Source: Vitrella brassicaformis CCMP3155
Taxonomy: Eukaryota; Protista; Chromerida
Direction of reading: 5' to 3'
DNA length: 64,000 nt
Assembly: GCA_001179505.1 (NCBI GenBank)
Contig: CDMY01000821.1
Span: 124,001-188,000 of the forward strand
Shown: positions 51,701 to 62,591 of the stretch, one piece after another
Position numbering within the stretch: the stretch's first letter is position 1
Layout of the letters: the number at the start of each line of letters is the position of its first letter
Made by a program: the position numbers and the translations under genes
The notes under the pieces: generated by a model
Database searches by the model: none
Told to the model about the DNA's origin: nothing
What the model saw: the letters and a program-made list of their open reading frames with translations, nothing else

Positions 51701-53018
51701 CACAGGAGATCCCACACCTGTGCATGCACACCGATGGATTGATGGATGGATGGATGGATGGATGGAGGGAAGGATGTGTGGGAAGTCAGATACGTGAAGG
51801 CCTTCCCTGCCGTCTTGCTGACCCTGAGCGTGTCGTTGTCTCGTTTTGGGTGGCTGGGCCACTCCTTGCAGTCGCGGCGTAGCAAGGCGTTGCTGAGCAC
51901 CACCATGTCATCGCACCCCACGCACGGCTCACAGAACATCTCGACGCCCTTCTCGAGTCTCTGGCCAAATGCAGCATCCTGTTTGGCGAAGTATACGGCG
52001 TTCCTGACGCTCTCCAGGAGTTCCCACGCCAGGTTGCCTCTGACGGTGTGGTAATGCTCGCCCGCACGTGTCGACATGAACTGACGAGGCGGCAGACTGA
52101 GCAAACAAATCAAACCCGAATGCGTGTCTGGCGGCTCTCTGTCCCTCTGTCCCTCCCTCCTGCTGACATACATGACGTCAGTCAGTTCCCTGAGCGCACC
52201 CCGTGCGACGGCTCGTGCCTGATGAGTGCCCAGCACCCCCTGCCACACACAGCGGTCAATCAGTCTCTCCCACAGGTCGCCAGACACCGGGAACGAAGGC
52301 TGCTCTGGAGGCGCAGAAACTGCAGCAGCAGCAACAGGAGCGGACGCCTCGGTCTCTGGAGGAGGGGAGGCCTCCGCCCTCTCCACTGTCGGTGCTTCAC
52401 TCTCCCCGGCCTGTCGGTGGTTCTGGTCTTTGGTCAGGTCGTCTGGTTGGCTCCTGGGGAAGAGGTGGACAATGCGGTGAATGAGCTTGGTGTTCCTGGT
52501 GCGCAACGCCACGTTGAACACCGATACTGTGGGACAATCAACCAACCGACAACAGCAGCGGCAACCAGCATGCATTCAGAGTGACCAATGAATGATCCAT
52601 TCATGTGTGTTGTGTGTGTGCATCATGATGATGCTTTGTCTATCCGTGGGCACGTACCGATGAATGCCTGCAGATGCTGGATCTCTTCTAAAGATGAATG
52701 ATCGCCAGGATCCACTGCATCGCCCTCCACCAAGGGCTCCATCAGCCCTTCATCTTCGCCTTCGTGCAGATCAGATGCTTCTCTCCCGTGCAGGTGGAGA
52801 GAGTCGTGATCTTGCTCGATTGGTGGGTGCAGCTCATCGGGCATCTGCTGCACAGGCTGGAAGGGGCTGCCTGTGTCCGCATAAGACGATGATTGACTCG
52901 GCGCCACCGATGAGAGCCACCTTCTGCAGAGCAATTCGCCGCTGCTTATGCGAGATCGAAGACGGAGGTGCCGCCACGAATGGACGGGGAGCACACACGC
53001 GGCCGCCGCCGCCTTCAT
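48719..53018 (-). CDS. UPF1/DNA2/NAM7-like superfamily 1 helicase with a probable mitochondrial presequence, multi-exon
   Basis: QRDAL..IIQGPPGTGKT, SNAAA, LVDECTQSTEP, LIGDANQLPP, SLFERL, QRRMH, VITPYRAQ, DTVDGFQGNE, GFLADPRRMNVAITRAR. Putative start MKAAAAACVLPVHSWRHLRLRSRISSGELLCRRWLSS; upstream in-frame ATGs exist. Confidence 0.9.
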
Positions 53019-53191
53019 GACGGAGGATGAAGCTGCGAGCTTAGAAGTGCTCTGCAAGCTCGGCTGTTCCGAACTGGCTGCCAAGGGCTTCTTATCCTTT
53101 TGTCCTTTTGACAGATCCATCTCTTCTTCTGCTGTCCAGTGGCTTGCCAGCTTTGGCGCAAGATTCTTCTCAGTGAAGAGCGCGTTCAAGG

Positions 53192-54425
53192 ATGCAGGCC
53201 GTCCCCGTGGCATTGATCCTCCCGTATCTATTGATCTTGTTCCTTTTGTCGCATCTCTCATCGGGCTTTCTTGTGCCATCTCGGCCCCTTTCGTCTCTGT
53301 CAGCGCGGCATGGCGGCAGGCCGGCGGCGCCACGCGTGTCGGCTGACGGGCAGCCGCGGACCGCCCTGTTCTTCTTTTGGAACAACAAAGATGAAGATGA
53401 GATGGAGGAGAAGCTCGAGTGAGCCGCCGAGACCAACACATGGACAGTGTCGCTGGCTGGCATTGCGTGGGTGTGGCTGTCCTGCTGTCGTGTCAGTCCT
53501 GTCAAGGCCGAGCGGTTTAAGAAGCAGCAGGAGATCCTCCAGCGCAGGCGAAACCCAGAGAAGCTCAAAGAGTGAGTGAGCACGAGTGAGGGACATCCAT
53601 GCGCTCTCGTGTGTGGACGCCGCATCGGGATGTCATGTCTGTCTGCGCATCGTTCAGGTACTACTCCGATTTGGCCGACAGGCGAGCCAAGGCCAGCAAG
53701 CTGGAGATCTTGAAGAAGCAAGCATGGGCCGAGAGGCCAGGTAAGTAAGACACACGTGTGTCCAAGGAAGGGAAAACAACACACAGGGGAGAAAAGTGAT
53801 ACGTACGGGTGCAGGCGAGACGGCAGCCCAGAGGAAGCAGCGCATCGAGGCCACGTGGGAGTCCTTCCGCGAGCAGGGGCTGATCGGCAAGCCTGGCACG
53901 TCTACCTATGAGGAACCAGAGAGGAGTAAGCCAGCTGACTGCGAGCAAGTATCTATCTGCACATGCATCGATGGATTTGCGCGTCTTTCCGTCTTGTCTG
54001 TCTGTCTGTCTGCAGGCATCCCCTTGCCTGTAGCGCCCTTTGGCCTCGAGAAGTAAGCCCACGCGACATCCAGCAGATGCGGCACAGCACACAGGTAGGT
54101 CATCGTGAATGCGCGGCTTCCGTTCAGGTACGACCAGGGGGAGCGTTTTGACTTGCGGTCCCCCTGGGTGGAGTCAGGGTGGGTGAATCCCAACCGCAAG
54201 AGCTGGTGGGCGGGCCTCACTGGCCAGTCCGACAAGCAGCGGTCATCAACCAAGTCCAGACGCTCAGCATCAGGCTCGTCATCGGGCCGTGCTTCATCTG
54301 CCAAGCCCACACGAATGGACGAGACGATCGTCAGCACGAGGCCGCAAGCCAGAGGGGGGATGGCTGCCTCGGTGGGCGGCGCGGAGAGCAGCAAGGAAGA
54401 AAAACCTTTCTGGCAGATCTGGTGA
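53192..54425 (+). CDS. Plastid-targeted protein of unknown function, multi-exon
   Basis: Signal peptide MQAVPVALILPYLLILFLLSHLSSG-FLVP (Phe at +1) plus transit peptide. Mature part has a charged helix and the motif GIPLPVAPFGLEKYDQGERFDLRSPWVESGWV. Confidence 0.7.
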
Positions 54426-55146
54426 GGGGCGACCGACCGTCAGGCAGGGAGAGGATTTTTCTGCATTTGGAGGCAGCGAGTGGTTGAGCAGTGACACTGG
54501 ATGGATGGATGGATGGATGGGTGATTTGTATGAGTTTTTGCCCTGACTACTGACTGAGTCAGCGGGGTTTGTGCATGTATGTCGAATGTGTTGCATGTCC
54601 GTTAGTGATTCTGTTGTTGATAGGAGAGCGGGGCAGCCAGGAAGGGAAGGCTGCTAGTCTGCCTTTCTTTTGGTTGTGTGCAAAACTTGAACGAACACTG
54701 CAGTAGCTAGCTGTTTGCACGTCTCGATGTTACGAACAAGGACTGCATGGAAACAATCGCCAATAAACGCATCAATCAGCACAGCGGCATGTCAGAACCC
54801 CTCAAAAAGTGGGGCCGAGGCATGTGTGTATACGATGTACAGGCAGCAGCAGTCCCCAAGAGCAACCATACAACCATAGCCACACGTACACATTGTGACC
54901 TTTCTCTCGTTCGGGAGTTTCCTCCCTGCAGGCGCTATCCTCTCGTCGCCCGTCTTGACCCGCACCACATGACGCAGTCCAGCGCACAGTGCCCGCACGT
55001 GTGCTCGACACCGTCACACGGGCCAGGAAGACGCACTGACGAGAGAAAAAGGATTTTTTAGGCATCAGAACCCCTCAAAAAGTGAGAGGTCAACACACGC
55101 ACATAGAACAGAACAGCCCGATTTCGTTGGCAAGCCCCCATGCCAC

Positions 55147-55798
55147 TCAGTGGTGGTGGTGGCCATCACAGGTGGTCGTCTTTGGCCACTGAGGGGCGAA
55201 GTGGTGGTGGGTGGATGGGTCCGCTGTGGGGCACTGGTGGGTGTGGTCCATCGGGCGAAGAGTGGTACAGAACTTATCCCAGTTGACGTCCATGTCGGCC
55301 TTGAGCAGATACATCCACTCGGTGCACTCGAGGCTCTTCTTCAACGACACGTGCAGGCACCTGTGTACAAGAGCAGCAGCAGCAGTGAATGCAGCACCCC
55401 GTCCTTCAGTATGAGCTTGGCGGCTACCTTACCTTCCTCTGTGTCGGTCATCGTCTTCTATCATCCACAGCGAGTCGTCGGGCTTGACGATCTGCGTGAG
55501 ATCCCCACTCACAATCTCATCGCCCTGACAAGCACAGCACACATGTGCGTGGAGATCTCTCGTCCGGATCTCATGCTGACTTTGACGGTGATGCTGATCT
55601 CCCTCGGCTTGATGGTACAGCGGATGTCCTTTGCAGTGATGTCCTCTGCAAGCGGCACCCAGACGCTGACGAAATGCCCCTCCTGCAGGCCAGATCCACA
55701 GCGGGAAACATGCGTCCATGCAGCATGAGCCTGTTCTTGCACGTAACCTGGTCCCATTCGTATCGACGGGCGGATTCCGCATCCGAAATGGCAACCAT
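55147..55798 (-). CDS. NudC/p23-like CS-domain co-chaperone, 4 exons
   Basis: RYEWDQ/EGHFVSVWVPL..TAKDIRCTIKPREISITVK/GDEIVSGDLTQIVKPDDSLWMIED../CLHVSLKK..EWMYLL fits the NudC CS-domain pattern. Confidence 0.82.
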
Positions 55799-55879
55799 CC
55801 CGAACAGAGATCTGCGAGCTAAGTTCTCAAAGGCACAGTTTCACGTGCCCCAGCCACTAAGAATTTTCGGCACGCCGCG

Positions 55880-58785
55880 ATGGAGAATGAGCACGAGAAT
55901 GAGGCTACAGACAAGCGAGAGGCGGCGCAGCCGCATTGCAATGTCAATGCGAAGCGGCATCCGCCGCCCGACGACACGCCCGGTCAACGTGACACCGTCC
56001 ACATCCTTTCAAGAGCGCTGTATCAGCCAAGAGTGCCCAAAGCCGCCAGAGGAAGGGGCGGCACCCAAAGGAGAGTTGACGATTCCGTCCGTTATCCTCC
56101 CAAGCGGCCCATCAGTGTTCCGGCTACTCATGAGCCGTCATCATTGGAGATGATAGAGGGGGAGAGCGGGGGAATAGCCGCTGCAGTGAGATCTCTGAGA
56201 CCAAGAACTGCCCCTGGTATGTATGAGAAATGCCAAGTCCACTCGATTGCGTCTGAAGTTCTGTGCATGCAGGTCAGGTGCGTCGTGATTCACGGCAGCA
56301 GAGGAAGTCGCCGCCGGAGGATATCACGTCCCTGCATGCTCTCTACGGACAGAGAGTGGCACAGCTGCAACGACTGCTCAAGTATAGCATGCAATCGCTC
56401 ACTCACCCACACCAAGGCAACAGACATCCACACAGCTATTCGACTTGCTTTCCGCCGTTTGCATTGGTGGCAGGTCGGCCGAGCGGCGGATACACATGCT
56501 CGAGCACACCAATCGGCTGCTCATTGAAGTGACCGTCGACAAAAGACGACTTAAGGAGACGCCCACGGTCGCAGCTGTCGAAGAGAGCCGAGAAAGTGAA
56601 GACACAATAAGGCATGGACGGCCCAAAGGAGACCGAAGCTACCAGACGATCCGCTTTGTGTTAGTGCAGGCGTGAGAAAGGCCGTCTCGTTGCCATGGGC
56701 GGCAAGTTCCTAAAGCAGGTAGGTCGAGGGCGCCAGATCGGTGGCACATCCATCTACTTGACATCGTCTCTGATGTCTCTGATGGCTTCCTGCGTGCAGC
56801 TTCATTCGATGCGGCAGGATCTGGAGCATATGCGCATGTCGGTCATATCACAGCTGTGGGCGCAGAAGACACTGCTCAATGAGGCCTCAGAAAAGGCCGA
56901 ACAGATATGCGCTCAGCACCAAAGACGACCACGCAGCCGGCGTGAGGACAGACTATCCAGACCAGCATCGCGAAAAGGGCAGCAGGCAGAGACACGTAAG
57001 AACTGAACAGAGTGCTGCGTTGCCGCTAGGGTGTAATATCTGTGCCATGCTGATTAGTTCCAGGCACAGAAGCGGCCCCACAACCTGCCGATGCCACAGT
57101 TGCGCCCCTTCCCCCATCCCCCAAACCCCCCATTGCTGACAGCCGCATTACGACGGTGTGCGTCATTCGGCAGGCCCCCCAGCAGCACACCGACGCCCCT
57201 TCCTCCCATGAGACGTCCCTTACTCTCCCCTCCTTCACCCCCTCCCCACACAGACCGTCCACACCCCTGAGGTTCACCGATCTGCCGCACTCCCGCCGCC
57301 TCTCACCCACGGTGTCCGTCATTACCTCCCCTCTCCTTCGCACGCCCAGACCTGTCGTCCCTGAGGCGGACCGAGCCATAGTGCGGTCACTTGGTGGCGG
57401 CATGATTGAGTGTGTGGCCAGGGGAGGATTCACCAGGAGAGTCTATGGGCCGTTCGATGCTGTCTATACGGAGGAGGGGGGGATTGCTGACACGATTATC
57501 GACCAAATAGGGGCCTGCCCTGCTGCCAAGACCTTGACGGTCGCCACGCTGGCCAGCGACGACAAGACCACTGCGTCCTGCGTGTCGCGCGTTCTGTCAC
57601 GTCTCATTGCGGACGACTCTTCTCACCCGGTCGACGTGTCAATATTCCTTGTACAGACCAAGAACGGGGGAGGGGGCGTCGCCGGGTCAGTTACCGATGT
57701 CTTGGCCAGCTACCTCGGACCGGATGAAGTCACAAGGGGAGAGAGGCGACATTCTCGAGGGCTGTTTGCTTCGACCGAGCACGAGCACGAGAAGAGAGTG
57801 GGGACTGTGCTGCAGGCGCGGCTCCGAGAAAGGGCCCGAAAGAGAGATGAGCCGTACGTGAGAGTAAGGGCAGCCACAAATGATGACGTGAAAAGGCTAA
57901 GACGCATCCTGAGGCACCTTGCCACACAGAGGTCAGAATACAAGCGCTCCAGACGGTGTGTGTGACAATGATCGTGGGTCCGCCTGCTCCGAATTGTTTC
58001 TTGTCTTGTTTGCAGGACAAAGGAGGGCCCCCGCAGCCCATCAGATTCACCGCGGCCCTTTTCGACAGAGCGGCCGCACCTCCGGCAGAGCACGACACGA
58101 GACGCTTTTACTGTCAGCAGCACAACGTCCAGAGGACGCACAAAGGAAGAGACACCGACACATGGTGAGAAGGACACGGGCACTGACGTACAATCTCCCC
58201 TGTACACTCTGCTATTGTTCCACAGACTCGTGTCTTGTCGTCGCTCTCTATCTTTCTCATGCCGATGCTCCCGCTTTGACACCATCCGGTGCACAGGGCA
58301 GCCAGTCGGTCGTGTTCGTCGATTTCCCTAAAGCAGCATCGCCCGCCATCCACGCGCTCGCCCTGGCCTGCCAAGAAACCAACGACCCTGGCGAGAGGGA
58401 GACGCACAACGGCTCTATGTTCTTCCCCCAGCCGCCCCCACCAGCACCGCTGAAAGCCAGGAGGTAGGATGCGCCATACTGGCTGCATACGATCGCTATA
58501 CGATTTGATACATGTCTCTCTCGATGCAGGTCACGCCTGACGCTGTTCCTTCACCACACTTTCGATGCTTTCTCGCCCTCTTCACGCTTTGTGTTTGCCC
58601 TTCCTCTGTCACCGTCTAGCACCGATGCGGCGACCAGCCAGAGGCGGCTGGCAGCTCTTGCCGCAATTGGCCAGAGGCAACGGGTCGTGCCCAACAGGGG
58701 AGGTGCGACCTTCCGGAGGAGCACAATGCTTGCTGAGTGTCGTCACCCCTGCACGATGAATTGGGTTCGCACGCCAGACAGTTAG
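55880..58785 (+). CDS. Coiled-coil protein with a C-terminal degenerate kinesin motor-homology domain, multi-exon
   Basis: Coiled-coil segments, then RVYGPFDAVY..DTII, VSIFLVQ, VRAATNDDVKRL..TQRS, VVFVDF, and SRLTLFLHHTF..SRFVFALPLSPSSTDAATSQRRLAALAAI. The last segment matches kinesin SKLTxLLxxSL..SKTxMxxxISP..ETxxSLxFA. Nucleotide-binding motifs are degenerate. Confidence 0.62.
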
Positions 58786-58994
58786 ACAGACAGACGCATA
58801 CATGCACGTGACCGGTAGCTCATTGGAGCTTTTGTCGTGCTTTCGACAGCCATGTCGTGCGATGGATCCATCCATGGAGGCGCGTGTGTCCGTGTGCGTG
58901 TGTTTGACATTCATGCCTGCGAGTGAGAGGGAAAGCAGTGGACATGCACTGGCAGTGGGGGTTAGATGGGGGCCAATTCAAAGACGCCGAGACG

Positions 58995-60559
58995 ATGAAC
59001 CTGGATCAGTCGCACGGCGGCGCATTGAGCAAGTCTGCCCTGCAAGGTGGCGGCCTCACAGTCACGGATACGCACAGGCCGTCTGCCCTTGAGGCCATCG
59101 AAGCGCAACTCAAGGGAGTTGTGAGCAACAAGCAATTCCAAGCCCTTGCGCGTGGCTCTGCCAGTGCATCGTGGTGTGCCCCTCTGCCTCCTTAGGCTTC
59201 ATGCAGCCGCATTTTGCTCGCGTGCACCTTGGTGGAAGCCACCAAGACAGCACAGAGACTCGAGAGTGAGCTGAGGGTGACAAGAATGCGCAAGGGATAT
59301 GTCCTGTCTGTACTGTTGGTGTGTGTGCAGGCGTGTTGTCGGCATGGATGCAGTCAGAGGCTCAGTCTGGCGAGGTGACCGGCCTGCTCCTCGTATACGC
59401 CTCACAGCAGGCGGCCCTCTTGTTCGCAGAGGTAGGTAGAGTGAGTGTATGACAGACACACAGACAGATGGAGACACTCATCTGTCTGCCTGTCTGCCTG
59501 TCTGTTGTTCTGTAGGGCCTCACTGAGCAGCTGTTCCGCCTGTTGACCAAGGTTGGCGACATGCAGACACAATCAGAGGTAGCAAGCGCAATGGCCGACC
59601 AGACCAATACTTGCAAAGAAAAGCTCGTCTGTTTTGCCTTTGTCGGCTCAACGACAACAGGGCAGCCCTGGTGAGGGGGTAGCGAATGTCCGCATCCTCC
59701 AATTCACTGAGCTGGTGGGTGAGACCAGCCAGCCTCAGGGAGGCCATCATGTCTGTTGTGGTCTCTCTCACTCAGCACGGCGTTCGTCTGCTCCCCTTCT
59801 GGACCTCATTCCACGTGCCGCCGCCAAAGGGTAACCACGGCACTGACACCACAAACCACGCACTTACTGCTGCCACGATTGTCTACTACCTGGTGTTGCC
59901 CTCAGCGGCAGGTGGCGCGCAGGCTGGGGGAGACACGGGCGACGCGGAGACACCGGTCCTGGAAAAGGTATGTACGCTGCAGGTGTGTTTTCGTGCCCGA
60001 ATCGTGCATGGGGAGACATCCAGGGTGTCCTGCTCGTGTGCAGGTGTGGGAGATGTACCGTAATCTGCTCATCCTTGGCAGCAAACTCGGCGGCGAAACG
60101 GTCAGTCACGTACAAGGAGAGACGACCGCGGACATACGAGGCGAATCTGGTCAATTTCTTGCCTGCCTGCCTGCAGAAACACAGCGCTGCTCATGTGCTG
60201 AAAAACGTGAGATGAACACGGCCGGCAGAGGAACGTTTTGTGTGCGAATGTGTGTGTGTGTGTGTTTGTGTGTGGGCGGCTGGGCTGCGTCAGACCCCGC
60301 TGCTGCCGCCTGGTGAGGTGTTGGGCGAGCTGCTGAGCGGCGAGAACCACGAGGATGCCCTCATGTCCTACGAAGGTGGGCAATGGCCTCACTACACCCA
60401 TGGCTGGATGGGATGGACGCAGCTGTCTCCTCTGCCTTTCTGTCTGTGGACTGGATGCTTCTATGCGTGTGTTGTGTGTCTATAATAGAGTTTGCTGACG
60501 TGTTCATGTCTCCGTTCACACTCGTGCTCGAGAGTGAGCTGCTGTGGCCCATGTTGTGA
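58995..60559 (+). CDS. DYBLUP/MOT7/TEX47 (C7orf62) BLUF-like axonemal dynein-associated protein, multi-exon
   Basis: SRILLAC, GEVTGLLLVY, VANVRILQF, PLLPPGEVL and C-terminal FMSPFTLVLESELLWPML*. These parallel TEX47 EGVTGLLLIY and YNRPIHITLDSEVVWP. Confidence 0.78.
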
Positions 60560-60754
60560 CTCGCTAATGCCTTTCCATGCCATGTATGCTTCGATGAATA
60601 CAATGCACTTCATGGATGGATTGATGCCAGCACACACACGTGCAACTAAATGAGTGAGTGTCTTTCGAATAAGTCTTTATCTACACAATGGTTGGTTTCT
60701 GCCCATCCGTCCATCCGCCCGTCCGCCCAGCTGCCCATGTATGTATGTATCTCA

Positions 60755-61738
60755 CTATCCCCCCTCGATGTTCATTTGTATGTGCATGTTCCACCACAGC
60801 CACTCAGTCGGCCCCTTCCTGTCGGGGCTCTCCCACGGCTTGGGGCTGCTGCTTAGATGAAGCACCGACAGGCACGGCAACACACACTCGTCCCAGTAAC
60901 CTGACAGACAAACGCACATTCATTCAACCACACAATACACAGCACAGCACAGCACAGCACGAGCATATTTATGCAAATCCATCCCTTTGTGTGCGCCACA
61001 CACATACCCGGCTGTTTGCTGTGGGTCATCCAGTGCATGGTCCTCTGGGCGTTGTAGTGGAAGGCCAGCCGGTGCTTGGCATCCCACCCATACCACCCGC
61101 TGAAGTATGCATTCAGGAAACCCGTGTCGCCTCTGTCGTATGACCGCAGCACTGTCCTCTTGGCCAGCAGGTCCTCATACACGGCCAATGAGGGCTCGAT
61201 GACCATGACGCCAGCGTTGAAGCGGTCCGGGGGGAACACATCCGGGGCGAAGGCAGGGCACGACACGGCGGCCGGGTCGAAGAGGCAATCGATTTTGCGC
61301 ATCACGATACAGTCGGCGTCGATGTATACCACTCGCTGGAACTCAGTCAGCGACCACACCTGGCAGGAAGGCACACATCAGATCAGACACACAGAATGAA
61401 GAAAGCAGTGACTGCAGTGCATGGCCGGACGTCATACGTACGTGCAGTTTGGTGAATCCGCTGTTGACCCATCCCGGCTCGTGACATCCCTCCTCGGCAT
61501 GAGGGTTGGCAATCCCATCCACGCGCCGGACGTCCTCCACGCCCTTCCGCTCGCTGAGCCTCTTGAATGTCCGTTCGCTGACCTGAGGGCCCACCAGCAC
61601 GATGAATGGATGAGGCGTGCCGGTCTTCCGCAGCGAGAAGGCCAATGTTTCGACGCCAATCGCAAATGAGTCGGACGTCAGCAAGGTGATGTAGGCACAC
61701 GAAGTTGAGCCTCCAGAGCTGCCAGAAGCTGAGTTCAT
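60755..61738 (-). CDS. Glycosyltransferase family 8, glycogenin-like, 3 exons
   Basis: AYITLLTSDSF, SGFTKLH/VWSLTEFQRVVYIDAD (DxD), APDVFPPDRFNAGV, SYDRGDTGFLN, YN, VLHLSSSPKPWE. Confidence 0.9.
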
Positions 61739-61799
61739 TGTCAGATCTGCCAGGGCGATCCCTTCGAGATAAGCTTGCAGATCTCCGGCGTGTGGGAAG

Positions 61800-62207
61800 A
61801 TGGATGAGGTGCTGAGTCGTCTGACAACTCAGCCAGGCGTCAAGGCTGCAGCGGTGTACAATGCATACGGCATCAAAGTCGGAGGTGCGAGCAGCGTCAT
61901 CGCAGTATCACGAAGGAACTGACTGCATCTGTGCCTGCCTGTGTATGTGTGTGTGCGTCAGGCAAGGGCGAGATGCCCGACAACGCCTCACTCATCAGCA
62001 CGATTGTGCAGGAGGCCAGCCGGATGGAGCAGGAAGGCGCTGCTGCGCCCGTGGTGTGCATCGAAACCGCACACAGGTGTGCAGTGAGTGCATCGAACCG
62101 ATGGGCAAAGAGTGTGTGCCTGCATATGGGTGTTCAGGAGTTTCATTGCGAAGGCGAAGGACGGCCACACGCTGGTGATGGTGAAGGGCAATGCGGGCGG
62201 GAGGTGA
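61800..62207 (+). CDS. LAMTOR5: Ragulator subunit LAMTOR5/HBXIP-like roadblock protein, 3 exons
   Basis: Spliced MDEVLSRLTTQPGVKAAAVYNAYGIKVG/GKGEMPDNASLISTIVQEASRM..PVVCIETAH/RSFIAKAKDGHTLVMVK (about 89 aa). It resembles LAMTOR5 [38 protein letters not shown]. Confidence 0.72.
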
Positions 62208-62591
62208 CAGAGAGAGGTTGAGGATGTGGACGTCGCTGTACAGTATACTGACTGCGTGTTGTGATGGGGACAGGCAGATTGACAGACTGACTGTACACCA
62301 TAGTGGATGCAGTCCCGACAAATGAACATCTGTTTCTCATCCACTATGCATGCCTGAGTGGTGTCACTCAATCGCATCCACGCCTAGCCCAAACATCTAC
62401 GTCGACATGCTGTGCATGTCATGTCCTCTCTGACAACGTCACCTCTCCCTGCTCCTTGGCGCATTTGAGGGTTATTCCCACGAAGGTGTCGACTTTCTAG
62501 GCGTAACCCTCACGTACGCCAAGGAGAAGGGAGAGATGACACTGAGTCGACTGACTGGTGGCCTCTAACAGAAGCAGCAGACTGTGTCTGT

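Noticed and set aside
52623-53441. Apparent antisense overlap of the helicase 5' ORF with the plastid-protein gene
   Set aside because: A downstream ATG at 53018 gives a sensible presequence and removes the overlap. Open antisense frames are common at this GC content.
55147-60559. NudC + kinesin-like + DYBLUP adjacency as a functional microtubule-motor cluster
   Set aside because: Three loosely related genes in a gene-dense eukaryotic genome is compatible with chance. It would need conserved synteny to be meaningful.
60755-60900. Suspected frameshift in the last GT8 exon
   Set aside because: Re-reading gives a continuous frame, GYWDECVLPCLSVLHLSSSPKPWE.
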